The notes under the pieces were generated by a model. It was given only the letters and a program-made list of their open reading frames with translations, had not been told where the DNA came from and made no database searches. From Pelomyxa schiedti (Eukaryota > Protista > Evosea), in the NCBI GenBank assembly GCA_020536535.1, contig JAHLWZ010000222.1:124001-188000 (forward strand): a stretch of DNA of 64,000 bases, in the 5' to 3' direction. The position numbers and the translations under genes are program-made. This document shows, in pieces, positions 23,574 through 36,955 of the stretch. Each line of letters opens with the position of its first letter. The first letter of the stretch is position 1.

Positions 23574-25871
23574 TCATACATCTTTCTCAATGACGATGTC
23601 CTGGTAGGGTTCTTTCTGTGAGAGTTTCACTACTCCATTAGACTGCAAAACCAGGAGCTCAAAAAAGGTGGTTGCAGCAACCTTTCTGGTCTTGTCTTTC
23701 AACATGGCAAAGTATTCCACACCACCACGAGGATTCTTTTTTTTCTCAAAATAAAGTCTCAAGAACCTAGGGTGTTTGAGTTAAAATGAAAGTATATGGG
23801 GGGTTGGGGTATTACTTGAGCATGCGCTTTGACCTGTCACTCCACCCAGTTTCTGCTCCAGGGGGTGCCAAAGGCTCCATCTTTTTCGGTTCAGTGGTTT
23901 CAGCGGCAGGTTCATCCGTGAACCTAGGCTGCTCTCCTTCTTCTGCTGGTTTGGGTTCTTCTGCAGTTTCATCTTGTACAGGTTTTCCACTGTGTTTCCG
24001 CTTGGTGCCTGCATGTATTTCTTCATCACTGTCTTCCGCCGCAGCACTTTTTCTGGCACTTTTGGGTGTTTTGGGGGGAGGTGGGTGTGTTGGTGATGTA
24101 GTTCCCTCTTCTTCTTTTTGGGCTTCCTGATCTCCTGCCTGAGGAACGGGTGGCGGTGGGGAAACAGGAACGGAAAATGAAGAATCGACTGTGACCTCTG
24201 GTGCGGGAACAGGTACATCGGGAATATCGAGGGAAGGTCTGGGTGAAGGAACGGAAAAGGAATCCATGGATGTGCGGGGTTCAACATCTAACAGCGATTG
24301 TTATGACCACTAGAAAAATTCATCTTCATTCGTAGTTTGCATTCTTTGTAGCTTTATTATTTTATATTTTATACATAATAAAACTAACCCAGAGCTACAT
24401 CAGGTTCAGTAACCTCTGGCATTTTAGAGGGTACTGTACTTCTCTTGAAAAGTTCAATGAGTTCATAGGGAAGGCCTACAACAAGGTAAAAAAGAAGCAA
24501 AAGTGAAAAGCATTAATACCAGGGGTGGTTGGTGTAATGAAAAGGTTATCTAAACCAAGCATATCCACACTTCTTTGTATCATGGACTTCTTTGTTGGTG
24601 GAGCAGTAACAACTTCGCGGAGAGTTGGTGTGGCATTTTGGAGTTGTTGTTCAAATCGCCTTATATATTCAATTTAAATTAAATCTAGACACAATGCATT
24701 GAAACATACGAATTGGACACGATAGTTGTGGCATCAATGGGAATGGGCTTATGGCCTTTAACGTGCAGCACATCGGGCGATGCCTCAACGGGTACTTGGA
24801 GGTATCAATTAATCTATTGCGGATCAGAGGAGTACCTGTATCCAATGAAGCTAATGGTCCCACAGGAGGGGGGGCCGGTGTAACTGGTTCCAGGGGTGTA
24901 GCAGGAGTTTCAATGGGACCAATGGGACCAGGTGTAACTGTTGGGCCAATTGGGGATGACGGTTCAACTGCGTCTGATGTTCGTATACTGGTATCAGGCG
25001 CTTCGACAACAGGCATCTCAGGTGGGGCTGGTGTTTCAATACTAAGAGGTGGAGGAGCAGGAAAGTCCTCCTTATCGTCATCGTGAGGTTCAGAGCCAGA
25101 GGATGTGGCAAGATCACCAAACTCGGATTCTGAAGTGGAGTCGGGTTGCTGAAAAAGGTGAAAAAGAATTAAGATGCAAATTTCTCACTTTTGACTTCAG
25201 TTCATCCTTACGAGGCATCTCTGGTGATGGTAAACCCAATTCTTGTTGCTCTCCAACAGGTCCTGGCAATACAGAGTATTTAGTGTTTAAAAGTTTTCTC
25301 CCTTTTGTGTACCTTCTATTGGGGGTAACTTGTCCTGCAAAAGCATGAACGTGTTCTCGAAGTTGAGAAGTTTTTCAGGTTTTCCAAAATCAAAATTGTC
25401 CCTGTCATTCGGCTAAGAAAAGAATGTTTTAACCAACGAAGGGTACATTGAAAGCTCAAGTGTAGTTGCTTGTTCGGCTTTATCCCAATTCTCGGGAAGT
25501 GTAATAGCAGCAGTAGTGGCAATCAGTTGGTCTTCCGGCATATCAACAAAACCAGGTCTGAATGCCTTGTTCATTGTTGGTAAACAAGTAGAACAAAATT
25601 GGGGTAAAACCATCTTCATTTTTGACAAGGCCTCATTACAATCTGATAATAAATAGCCCACTTTGCGAGAATATATTCTTACAACACCCAGCAGTAAGTG
25701 CCCTGAGACACGCAGAGCCATTGGCACCTCCGGCTCAGCAATTGATTTGACGGATACAATGATATCCGTGTGGAAGATCTGGTATTTTGTCAACTTCTTG
25801 TCCCAATGAGCTGCGAGCCAGATCTTGGCCAAAGGTCCTTTCTTGGCGAGGATGAGCTGCGAGTAAAACAT
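23574..25871 (-). CDS. RAD21: Cohesin kleisin RAD21/SCC1
   Basis: [23 protein letters not shown]...[20 protein letters not shown]-terminal domain; C-terminal winged helix [23 protein letters not shown]. Confidence 0.95.
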
Positions 25872-26138
25872 GACCAATCAGTATTCTGATTTCGAGTGTT
25901 GACACAGCTGTTGGATTCAAAAGCCACGGTCACGTAACGACCACACAGGTCTTTCTCCTTTCCTCGTGCAAACCAATACGAACTCGCAGATTATAATTTT
26001 GTTTTGTTCGCTGGCGGTAATTTGGGCGTCCGAGGTAATGCGCCGGGCAATGCTGTCCGGGTTGGTTGAATCGAAATTAGAGGTGAAAATAGAAAGAATT
26101 TTTTTTGTTTAGTCTTCGCATCTGGTATCTGCTGGGGG

Positions 26139-28854
26139 TCACAGAGACTGCACCCAGGATTCCTTCTCGGCCTGTAAGTCTGCCATCTCATCCAGATCTC
26201 GTTTGCGTATGCACATGAGGACTTTGCGAAGTGCATCGGCGGTTTTTAGCTGCAGCTCCCATGATGCCTCCCCGGGTCCGGCTGATTTGTTGACCTCTTC
26301 TTTGAATTTGTTGAGCTCAGCTGATATGGCCAGAAAGATTGGTGTGGCGTGATCGATTGTGAGTGTTCGCGTTTCAGCGATTTGGTAAAGTAGCAGAGAA
26401 TCGGGATTCTCTCGTGGGTGTTCGAGAATCTAGTGTATTTTTGGGTTTTTATGTTAGAGAGATTTGAGATTGAATTATTTTGTTGTGATATCTCGTCATA
26501 CTAGTTTTGCTTGGTTTGCTGCTTGCATGATACTGGATGTGAGCCGGAAGTTGGACAACATGTTGACACCTTTGTTGCACAAGTCAATGTCTCCCCTGAG
26601 ACCGGTGACAACCAGCCTCATCTTGTCAATTGCATCAAGCATTTTTGTTGTGGATTGAGCTGTAGCACTGTTAAATATCTCAGGAATCTGACGTCACTCG
26701 TTACCTGGTCCCGGAATGGAAGGTTTCGCAGGAACCACCGGTATCACCTTGGGAGCAGGTGCCGGAGTCGAGACCGGGGCAGGGGAAGGTGCTACTGTTG
26801 GTGTAGGTGTTGGCGTCGGTGTGGGGGTAGGTTTTACTGCAGGTGTGGGTGTGGGTGCCGGGGTGGGTGTTGGAATTGGGGTCACTACTGCTTTTGGTGT
26901 TGGTGCTGGTTGTGCGGGAGTGGGTGCGGGTGCCACGGGAGCAGGCGTGAGGATAGGTGTGAGTGTGGGTGTTGGTGTAGGCGCTGGTGTTATGGGAACT
27001 GGCGACGGGGACCGGGTAAAACTCGAATGAAGCGACGTTGGTGATGCAGCGGGAACGGGTATTGGCATGTTTGGGTCATTTTCTTCTGGCTTCAGCATTA
27101 ACGTCTGCATTGCCTGAAACGCCTGATTTGGGGCTGAGATGTTGACGATAGACTATTGCGGTGTACCTCTCGTATCCACTTGAGTCTGTGGGCATACGGC
27201 TTCATGTCTTCGATTTCATCTAACAGGGATAACGAATCAGCAAGTTGTTCCACATAATCAGTTGAGGTTTGGATAACAGCTACAACAGTTTGTATGATTT
27301 GACCAGCAGTTTCCAACTTAGGTTGACCAGGAGTGAGTGGTGATGGTGCCAGTGAAGGCAGGTCTATAACCTCAATGGCTGTAGCTTGGTACTTCATATT
27401 ATTAGGTCCCACTTTCAAAAGGAAATTGTTGCACCTTTTTCAGCTCTTTGGCTACTCTTACAAAGAAGACGATTTGCTCTTTGGTGTAGAACTGTTCCGT
27501 AAGCATGACTATGATGCTGGAAGAAAGCTCATACAATGAGGTAACAACTTCATAGGATTCTTCGCGAAATATATTTACTGGATCATTATCCTTAAGGGCA
27601 TAGGAATAAGTGTCGTAATCACTTGCACCACAGTTAGACATACATCTGGGTCACCTTCAGCTGATCCACTTGTAAATGACGCTGAGAGCTGGGATTGGGT
27701 GGAGGCAGACGGTAAGGTGGAGGTGGTGTACTGGACAGTGGAATCTACTGGAACCTTTTCTAAATTGAGTTCAACAATATTGTGGTGAGTGATACATCAA
27801 AAAGAGCATAAAAGTTGACAATCATAAACTCCACCACCCAGTTGACCAAAGGTGTGTGGGTCAAAACATTGCTGGGGTCATCTTCCTTTGGACGGAGTAA
27901 ATTTGAAGCAATGCAGGTCGCACTAAAGCTTGTAAGACTAAAAGCAAGCAGTGTGTTTCAGACATGTTTTTGGGACTCATGTTGTTTTTGGATTGTGCAG
28001 CAGCAACTTCTTGCATAAAAGTAAAGATGTACTTGAGGGTGTTTAGATAGGTTATTGGGATTGGCTTGAGTAGTTCTTTCATCCGTGGAACACGTGTAGG
28101 ATCTGGCTCTACAATCTCTCTCTCAACTATTGGGCTAAGGTAAGAAAACGTGCATAGAGACAGCCGTAAAACCTTCTGCAAAACGAATAAAATTATCATA
28201 TTGTGCAAAGCTAAGAAGTGGCTCGGGCAGGAGCCTGAAATTGGGTGCAGAAAAGAAAGGGTTAGTTAAGGATATTCAGTTAGGTAAGGCTATTAAGCTA
28301 CAGAGCAAACCTTAGGTATTGCTTGAAAACACCAGCAATATCGTGTGTTGTTTGTGCCTCGAGATTGGGATCCTTTCCTGTTGAGATAAATTGGAACATG
28401 CATACAATGAACAACTTGCAATCTACCTTGGTCCCAATCTTCACGTATGGAATTCATGTTGCGAAGTTGCCCTGGGATCCTAAAAATACCAGGTTCGTTT
28501 ATACCTGCAGTAGGAAAAAAAAAATGTTAGAGCAAGATATTGGCTAGATTGCAAATGCCATAGCGCGTTAAATACTACAACAGAATGACATACGTTTCCT
28601 GAGACAATCGAGGCACTTGACAACTACATAAGGAACTTGTCCGCATGTGGGTTCCAAAGGAAATCCAAAGCACTTTGGCACAGCCTTACGACTTCTAATT
28701 TTTTTTGTTATAACATTGAACCACTAGGCAGCCATAGAAAATGGGAAGGTCAATAAACTAAACAATACAACAAACAATAGAGTAAAAGCAGAAAAACGAG
28801 ACGCAACGGTGCTTTGGCCTTAGACCGTCTGGTCAATTTATTGAGTGCACTCAT
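26139..28854 (-). CDS. RhoGAP-domain protein with a PT-rich linker and helical C-terminal domain
   Basis: FGFPLE, VPYVVVKCLDCL, arginine finger EPGIFRIPG, HDIAGVFKQYL, LPEPLL, NNMSPKN; PT/PA repeats at 26716-27030. Confidence 0.85.
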
Positions 28855-29090
28855 TCTATTACTTTTACTGATGGCACTGTAATCTAACTACTCGTTTACT
28901 ATGATGAAGGGGTAATGCCAAAACGAAATCAACCCGAAGTTGAAAAGAACAAAAAAAAAACATGTTGATTCGATGAAAATCAAGGCACTTCGGTTGGGAG
29001 TGACGACGAGAGCGATGTCTTGAGTGCCAGGAATTTGTCTGCGTCGTGGAGGGAATTAGCCTATTAAATGTAGGATGGTTTTTGGTCAAC

Positions 29091-29655
29091 TCACGCACCA
29101 TGCAATTCTTGTTGTGTTGTAACTCCAAGTTTCCACTCTGCCAGGAACTGCTTGATGGAAAAAACCCTTTCTGACCATACTGCCTGTTTTTTTGGAGTAT
29201 TCATTAGTTTAATGGTAGATGATTAGGTTGTTTCTAAATGATTATCAATAAACAATTGTTTAAGGCACATTACCTGTTCCTCCTCTTCTCGCTTCTTTAT
29301 CCGTGCAATCTCGTTTTGAAGTTTGTTTATTTCTATAGGCAAGTTACAGAAACAAAGTGCAAACAGTGCCTACCTTCTTGCCATTTCAGTGACTCTTCTT
29401 GTAAGAAATTTATTCTGGCCTGCAAGGCTTCTTTTTCCACCTGCTCTTGTGACCTTCTGGTTGTTACCACACTGCAATAAGGAAAATACAAGTAAGGTTA
29501 GATACTGCCCCTTCACTAAACCTCCTGTCAATTTCCATGGGGTCGGTTTTGGCTTCCATTTTCTTTGCCCTCCTTCTTGCCCTCCAGTCTTTGCCAAACG
29601 CTTTCACTTGTCCCGCTGTCTCCACCATTGCCTCCCATGCATCTTTCACCTTCAT
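29091..29655 (-). CDS. Small coiled-coil hypothetical protein
   Basis: Exon-like segments RSQEQVEKEALQARINFLQEESLKWQE and INKLQNEIARIKREEEEQ. Start and splicing are uncertain. Confidence 0.35.
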
Positions 29656-29918
29656 TACTAACTTTACATAAACCACCAGATTCCAAAAGTCAGTTACAAC
29701 TGTCTGGCCCTCCACTGCAGAAAGTCACAGGGCCCTTGTGGGCAGACCCAAACTCAACACACCAGAAGTGCTAATCAACAACTCAAACAGAAAATCTCCC
29801 AAAACTTTGTTACACGATCTGCTGATCCTAAAGAAAAGCGCCCCATCAAAGGGCGAAAAAAAACCCAAAGGAGAAAAACAAAAACCCAAACTCCAAACGT
29901 AACGACGAGCCCACCCGG

Positions 29919-32123
29919 ATGTTCCTGAAGAAGAACAAGAGCAAATCAGATCTCAAGAAGAGCACTGCCTCGTCCCCGTCTCCGTCTCCGTCTCCGTCTC
30001 CATCTTCCTCTTCTTCGCCCTCGCCATCCTCAACTTCTTCACAACAGCAACAGCAACAAGAACAAGACCTGACACCTCCAACGATCGCCACAAGGACTGC
30101 CACGCCACCCACAATTACGGTTTCCCCCAGTCCCGATGTCACCAACTCGCCCCCTCAATCGTCACAGACTTCGGCGTCCCCCGAACCGACGTCGAAACTC
30201 AGGCACTCGTCGTCCACAACAACAACAACAACAACCACCAAGGACACCAAATCAACGCCGAACAAGAAGAAGGGAATAGAGAAACCACCCAAGAGGACTC
30301 CATTGTGCCAGGCTGCGTGGAAGGGCGACGAGGCCACTCTGAGGTCGATGCTGGAATCCGGCTGTGATCCAAACGACGATCCAAAGCCACCACCCACAAC
30401 TTCTGCCAATTCTGGTAGCGAAACGGCAAGCACGTCGCCTGAGGATCCTGGTACTGGTAATGGTGGCAATGAACATGAGGAAGGGATGGAGCCGCTGAGG
30501 CTAATGACACCTCTGCATGCTGCTACTTACAAGGGCCACGCTGCCTGTGTGCGGTTACTGTTGGATCATGGTGCCGATCCAAACAGGACAGTCAAGAACC
30601 CTGCCCATGGAATTACTGCCATGTACAATGCCGCTACAAATGCCGCTTCTGGCGGTGCCAAAGCTGGGGCAAAAGCTGGAGCTCTGGGCGGGGCTGTGTT
30701 CGGGCTTTTTGGTGCCGGTGCGGGTGCTGCCATGGGTGCCGGTATCGGCGCCGCTGTTTGTGCTGCTACGGTTTGTAGTGGGCTGACTACTCCACATGGA
30801 GTAAGAGAAGGGGACACTCCATTACATATCGCCGCTCGCATAGGCAAACTCGGAGTAGTAGCTATCCTGGCCCCTGTCACTAATCTTACTGTAAGAAACG
30901 GAGATGGGAAAGGGCCTATAGATGTTGCTCATAATGCGGTAAGGCAGTTAATTATTGACCAGTCTTACGGGTCTTCTGGAGGAAGCACCTCTCGAAATCC
31001 TCCTAGTTCTCCGTCGCCTTCCCTTTCCTCTGAAACTTCAAGCAGTCCAAAAGAACCTCCGGCAACTCGATGTGTAGCTCCACCAACACCGACTTCAGTC
31101 CAGACTCAAGCACAACTCGCAACTCCACCCCCCGCGGTTACGCCTGCATCCCCTTCACCCCATTGGGGCACCCCATCCTTACCACAAGCAACCAGGGGCC
31201 CTCAACAACCACTCATTCAACAGTCTCAAGAAGCACAACCAGCTGTAGAACAAACCCCCACAACAACTGGAAAGCCGAAAGAGCGCAGCATGAGGTGCTT
31301 CATTCCAGAGAGTGAGACAACTGAATACAAAGGAGCCTTGGTAATCCCAGACAAGCCTACAAAGAGTTGCGCGGAAGTACTCACAGGTAACGAGGATATA
31401 GGGAGATGTGTACCGTTTCTGTCAAGGATAATACCCGACTGTGAACTAATAATGTCTGAGACAATTCTACAGCGGGAATCAGCACGTCACTTGGTTCTTT
31501 CTCCCTTTTTTCAATTGTTTGTCTAATTTCAGTTTTTTTTGGAAGATAACAGAGCACCATCTGACAGACGATGAAGTCCTGGCACTCATTGTGTACTCGT
31601 ATGACGTCAGGCCTCTTGGGGGATCAGATACACAAAATTTCTTTTTCCAACTGAATGAAGTCCTGAGGAAACGAGTATGACCAAGACCTCTCCCTTTGCT
31701 TCCCTCTCACCCGTTTCGCAGGGAGCTAGTTTTGAAGGTTGGCGTGGTTACATACACTATCTCATGAGTGCCCTTAGGAAACTACCCAGCTACAGTGGAG
31801 TAGTTTACAGAGGGAGCAACAACCCAACCACAGCCCGGCCATATACGCGCGGAACTTCAGTGGTTTGGTCTGCTTTTTCATCTACCTCGGCACTGGAGAG
31901 TGTTGCAAGAGACTTTGCTGGGACACAGGGTGCACTCTTTTGTATTGAGATAACTAATGGTAAGGACATATCGGCGTTCTCAGCAATAGCTTCTGAAAAA
32001 GAGGTGCTGCTACCACCAAATGCCAAGTTTGTGGTAACAAAGGGCTTTGAGTCTTCAAACACTGGCCCTTATGGCGTTTGTGAAATCCACCTCCTTGAAG
32101 TTGTCTCCTCATTCAAGTGGTGA
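29919..32123 (+). CDS. Ankyrin-repeat / glycine-zipper protein with a C-terminal R-S-E (ARTC-type) mono-ADP-ribosyltransferase
   Basis: Ankyrin motifs TPLCQAA, TPLHAAT, GDTPLHIAA. ART helical region LTDDEVLALIVYS...FQLNEVLRKR, VYRG (~31806), FSSTS (~31875), SEKEVLL (ExE, ~31995). Confidence 0.9.
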
Positions 32124-32189
32124 AAGGTAGAAATTACCTTTTGTACTTACTGTGTAAGCCAAAACAAACAACAAAAAAAAGTTTTCCTT

Positions 32190-33104
32190 TTACAATTTTT
32201 GGTTCTCAGTGTAGTGGAGAATTATTTTTCCCACAGGCTCAAAGAGTGCCAAAGTCGCTATACATAAAAATACCACACTGACAAGTCAAGGTAAGTTCAG
32301 GAAGATAACATTTTTTACAAACCTCAGCATCACGATTCCAGCTATTCTTGCAGCTTCCTCATTCTCATAGACAATTTCCTCAGGTTCTTCACAGTTCATG
32401 GCAACCGTGAGGATAAAACTATAATATGCCCCCATCAGATTGGAAGTCCCCCGTCATTTTTATTAGTACCTGCAGTCATTTGGCCACTCCACTGAGCAGA
32501 TACAGAGAGAGCTGGTCCCAATCTGACAAGTTTCCTCAATCATCCCAGGGCAGTGTTGATTGCACAATATCTCTGTTGTTGCGGTCCTTGGAGTGCCGCA
32601 TGGGTAACCACTATCCCCTCCCTCAAAAGGTGCTGTGAATGTAGATATTGTTGCCAAGTCCTCTTGAAGATTGTGAGGATTCCTGCATAAAACCGGGATC
32701 CCGGCATACCTACATCCAGAGATACAGCAGACTGCATGTCACCGGGGTATCCAAAGAAAATACCCTCCCACTGTGACCGGTCAAAGCTGGTGTCCTGTGC
32801 TTCAGAAGCAACCGCACCCTCAACAACATATACAGAGGAGCACAACGACAGAATAGCGGTGAAGTTGGCCCCAGAGTCCTCAAACTCATACACCACTTCA
32901 ACACCCTGGTACCCCCACTTGAAGAAATCGATTAGTTCATTGGTTACTAGGTGAAAGGGGGTCCCATACAAAACTGTAGTTGAAGGCCTCGTTACCTCCC
33001 TTGTACTTCGCACTGCATTCATTCGCCGTAAAGAAGGCCGATGAGCTCAAGGCTCGCCCAATGAACATACATATTAGAGCACAAGCTACAAGCCTCGCTA
33101 CCAT
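32190..33104 (-). CDS. Type I membrane protein with a Cys-rich, possibly MRH-like, ectodomain
   Basis: Spliced model: signal peptide MVARLVACALICMFIGRALS, GDSGYPCGTPRTATTEILCN, C-terminal TM AGIVML/SVVFLCIATLALF, tail ...LRTKKL*. Confidence 0.55.
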
Positions 33105-33146
33105 TGTTTCGGTTTGTGTTGAAGGTCGTTCTCAGAAGAGCACGAG

Positions 33147-36100
33147 ATGGAAGCACAAGAAGCTTCCATCTCCAGAGCAGGAAGAAGGAGATTGAGGGCA
33201 GCGCCCACAATCCTGCCTGGGGTAGACGAGCGCTCTGTGTTGTCGACACTAAGGACGATCAGGGTGCCACCCCCAGTGAGAGGTTGCCGGGAGGTAATAG
33301 ATGCCAACCCCAACTTGATGTCATTTGGGGTACAAGCAAACAGCCCGAAGAATTGGATCAAGAAAAAAACAACCTCACTTGTGTACGTTGACATGTCAGC
33401 GGACGAGTACTCCATTTTCTTCGAGGACGACCTTGGGCCCCCCACTGACCCGGACGACGACGCCCCCGGGGACGGCGGCGTGGGCTCGATCTCGGCCAGC
33501 AGCGACGACGACCGCGAGATCCGCGAGTACCTGCAGCACGTGCTGGTGGAGCTGCAGCCCCCCCACGAGGGCGCCCGCAGCCACCACTCGCACTCGTCGT
33601 CCGCCGCGAACGCGCAGCCCCCCAGCCCCACCCCCGCCACGCCCGACCCCAACAACGCCAGCCCCACAGGAGCCAAGACCGCGGCGGCCCGCCCGGCGCA
33701 GGGGGACGGGAGCGGGGGAGCCTCGGGCACGGGCACGGGCACGGGCACGGGGTCGGGAGGGGGAGGGGGACACCACACGCATGCGTATACGTTGAGCATG
33801 AGCTCCCATAATTATGACACGTTCAAGAGGCAGGCGCTGTCATCGGCGGGGTCAGCACCTTTTGTCATATCTTTGATTGGAGGCAAGTCTGAGAATGTTC
33901 TGCTGTAGTTGTTACTGTTACTGTTACTGTTACTGTTACTGTTACTGTTACTGTTACTGTTACTGTTACTGTTACTGTTACTGTTACTGTTATTGGGGGG
34001 ATTTGGGAGGAATGTTTGTTGCTTATTGCTTTTCTGTAGATACACACGCAGGAAAGACTACTTTGGTAAAGCCACTGCTGCTAGATGACTTCAACGTTTT
34101 GGATTTGATGCTTAGTGGTGATCAGTTCTCGCCTGATAAGCATTTCAGTGGGACTTCTGCCAATGTTTGCTTATACCGGTGTGACTCTTAAGACCTTTCT
34201 CCGTGTCTCATTTTACTGCAGGTCTACACCACAACCAGATCCCAGTATTGCGGAATATGTAGAAAAACCAGTTATCTATGGTTTTTTCCCTTCTCTTTTT
34301 GAATATGCTTTTGAATTTCCCCAGTTTTGGATCTTGAAGGGCAAAATGCAGTAGGCGTTCCAACAATGGTATTACTGTGGTCACACTACCGTTTCAAGTT
34401 AACTTGTATTAAGCTTCAGCGTGCCGTTTCTATGTTTCGGGCGGTTGTGCCAAATAAACTTCATGGTGCCCTGAAGTACATGCTTCAGGACGCCGCAGGC
34501 AGGAGGCAGGCTGTAAACAAACTACTTCCTCTTTTTGCGTACTTCGTGAGTGATTTGGTGGTTTACATTGACAACACCACATTTGATAATACCAAGTTCA
34601 TTGAGCGAATCAAGAATTTTGTTTCATGTAATGATATGAGCTTCAATTTCCTTACTTAACATTAAAAATAGGTATTGGTGGTATCGCTGACAAGGTTTGC
34701 ACCTCCTCTGTGTTGCTTTTTTATCATCTTATTGTTTAAAACAATACAGATGCTGGATCCCAGTTTGATTATTATTAGCAATAAATGTGCCATGAAGGGT
34801 CCTTCAACCGGAGTTTGGGACATTGATGAGTGCACAAAGAAATTTTTCCGCTCTCAGGACGGACAGGTAAGCTTGCAATGGTGACCACTCTGAGCTCAAT
34901 TGTTACAGACTGGTTCTGGGTTGTCTGATCTCCACCAATCTGTGCGTTGTGTATGCCTACCAGACTGGTAGTTCACATAATACAATTAAAATGCATTCAC
35001 AATTACAGGAATGCCGGTGATCTTCAATATGTAGATGGGAAGCTCATTTCGAGCCCAATTGGGGCCATAAAATATGCCGAGCAAATTGGTGCTCTTCAGG
35101 TTTCCTCTCACTTATGTTTCTGCATTTGGACTTAATTCTAAAAGAAACTTCTGCACGAAATGCATAATCGTAGATTGCAAGGTTATTATTAATACCACCA
35201 CTGAATCCCACTGAAATCTTTCTTAGAACGGTTTAACATGGGACTACACATCTCTGAGAGGACCTGGCTTGAAGTAAGATGCCAGTGCTCTTTTTCTTTC
35301 CTTTGGCCTGACCTATAAATAGGTCCTGAAACTTGTTGTTGACGACTTCCCCAGTTCTTCCCAAATTCAGAAGCACACTAAGGCACTTACATGGTCTTCC
35401 AAGTTTTATTCTATCGTCGCATCTCCTAGCTCAGAGGAAGTGAAAACTGTGTCAGTTTTACTCACAGACCACTGGGCTTTTACTGACACCTTTCAGAAAC
35501 GCCCTGTTTTCACAGCTTGTTTGTATAATGAACCACCCAATAATTTCTACTGAGGAGTATTACGCTCGATTTCTACAATGCCGAGACACTGCAACAATAT
35601 CTTTAGCAGGTTTCTACCTTATTTGTTCTTTAGTGGAAATAATTCTATCAAAGGCAAAATTGCTCTCCTTGTTAAGCAGCATGGATTGAGTTCCGTACAG
35701 AGCCCGGCTGTAGTTAGCGCCAAAGAGGGACCAACCGTACGAAAAAAATACTTGCCACTTGACCCTTTGTCTTAGTTTTCCTCTACAGCCAGCTCCTTTC
35801 GATCAAGTGCGCTCACAGTGGCTGAAAATGCTGCACGAGCTTATGGAGCATATCGAAGACCAACGACCCTGTTCCTCGTGCTATCATCGCGTTGATTCCA
35901 ATAACACCACTTCTACTATAAGGTAGATCTCTTTGTGTTTCGTCCTTTTTGATATGTGTGTAGGTGCACCCAGACAAAGAAATGGCATCAACACACCCAC
36001 CGCAATCCAACGCCTCTTTTTGGCCCCGAGGCATCACAAACCGTTGTACAGAAGTTCTTTTTGCACCTGGCTTCCTTTCTTGGTTTGGGCTTTCCTGCTG

Positions 36101-36636
36101 TGTGGCCCGGGAATTTCGAATCTGCAGAGAAAACTCTACCAGTGGATGAAGAAAACTTCCTTGCACATTTAAGAGCATTCCTGGAGGTATACATAGTATA
36201 GTATATCTACTGGAGCCTTTACTTACTCTTTTCCTAAGATGGACGAAGAGTCTGTAATATGCAGTGTATGTGAACAGGTAACCCCCCAATCCGGCAAAAA
36301 ACTTTCCACCAACCAACAAACAAGCTTGGTAACTTACTTGCGGACTATCACTGCCTTCCCACCGTCTACCGTATTCGCGAATTTGACAACTCCTCAGATA
36401 GGCAAGAAACAACCGACCCAACCGCAAACCCCACAACATCAACTCAAGCTTCCACCTCCGCAACCACGACCCCACAGACAACAGCACCACCCACCTCAGC
36501 TTCAAGTAGTCCCACTTCAACCATGCACTTGTGCACTATATGCCTTCGCGAGATATCGTCGTCACAAGGGAACAGTGTCTTCTGCCCCACGTGCCAGACC
36601 ATATTCTTCAAAGTAATGCCGCAGTTCAACATGTAA
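33147..36636 (+). CDS. GB1/RHD3 (GBP/atlastin)-like P-loop GTPase with a C-terminal RING-HC-like finger
   Basis: Spliced Walker A VISLIGDTHAGKTT (GC-AG intron 33883-34039), G2 SGTS, G3 LDLEG. Last exons give CSVC...HC...HLCTIC...CPTC. Confidence 0.65.
33911..33992. repeat. (GTTACT)13 hexanucleotide microsatellite, intronic
   Basis: 13 perfect units plus GTTA, counted directly. Confidence 0.97.
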
Positions 36637-36955
36637 AAAAACCTCATCCAACGTCCCAAAGAAAGAAAACAAGGCGAAAACCACAAAGCCAAAAGATTCA
36701 AGATCAAGCAAAATTTCGCCCTGGATTCCGCTAAGTCCAAACAAAACGGGCAAGCCGAAACAACGAGGAACTTTTCCTGCGATCTGCGGCGAAACCTTAC
36801 TTAAAAGACCTTGCTTTTTTTTGTTTGTCCACAAACAAACAGGACGTAATAAACAACAAACACTCACTGGCACAATCCCGTGAATCACAGCAACACACCA
36901 ACACAACAACAACAGCAACACAACAGCACAACACCCCCAACAAAACAAAATAGAA

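Noticed and set aside
26716-27030. GV-repeat plus-strand ORF resembling a structural protein
   Set aside because: Antisense of the PT-rich linker of the RhoGAP gene.
33812-34191. NS-, VT- and CY-repeat ORFs; possible telomeric or CRISPR repeat
   Set aside because: These are translations of an intronic hexamer microsatellite; there are no spacers and it is not terminal.
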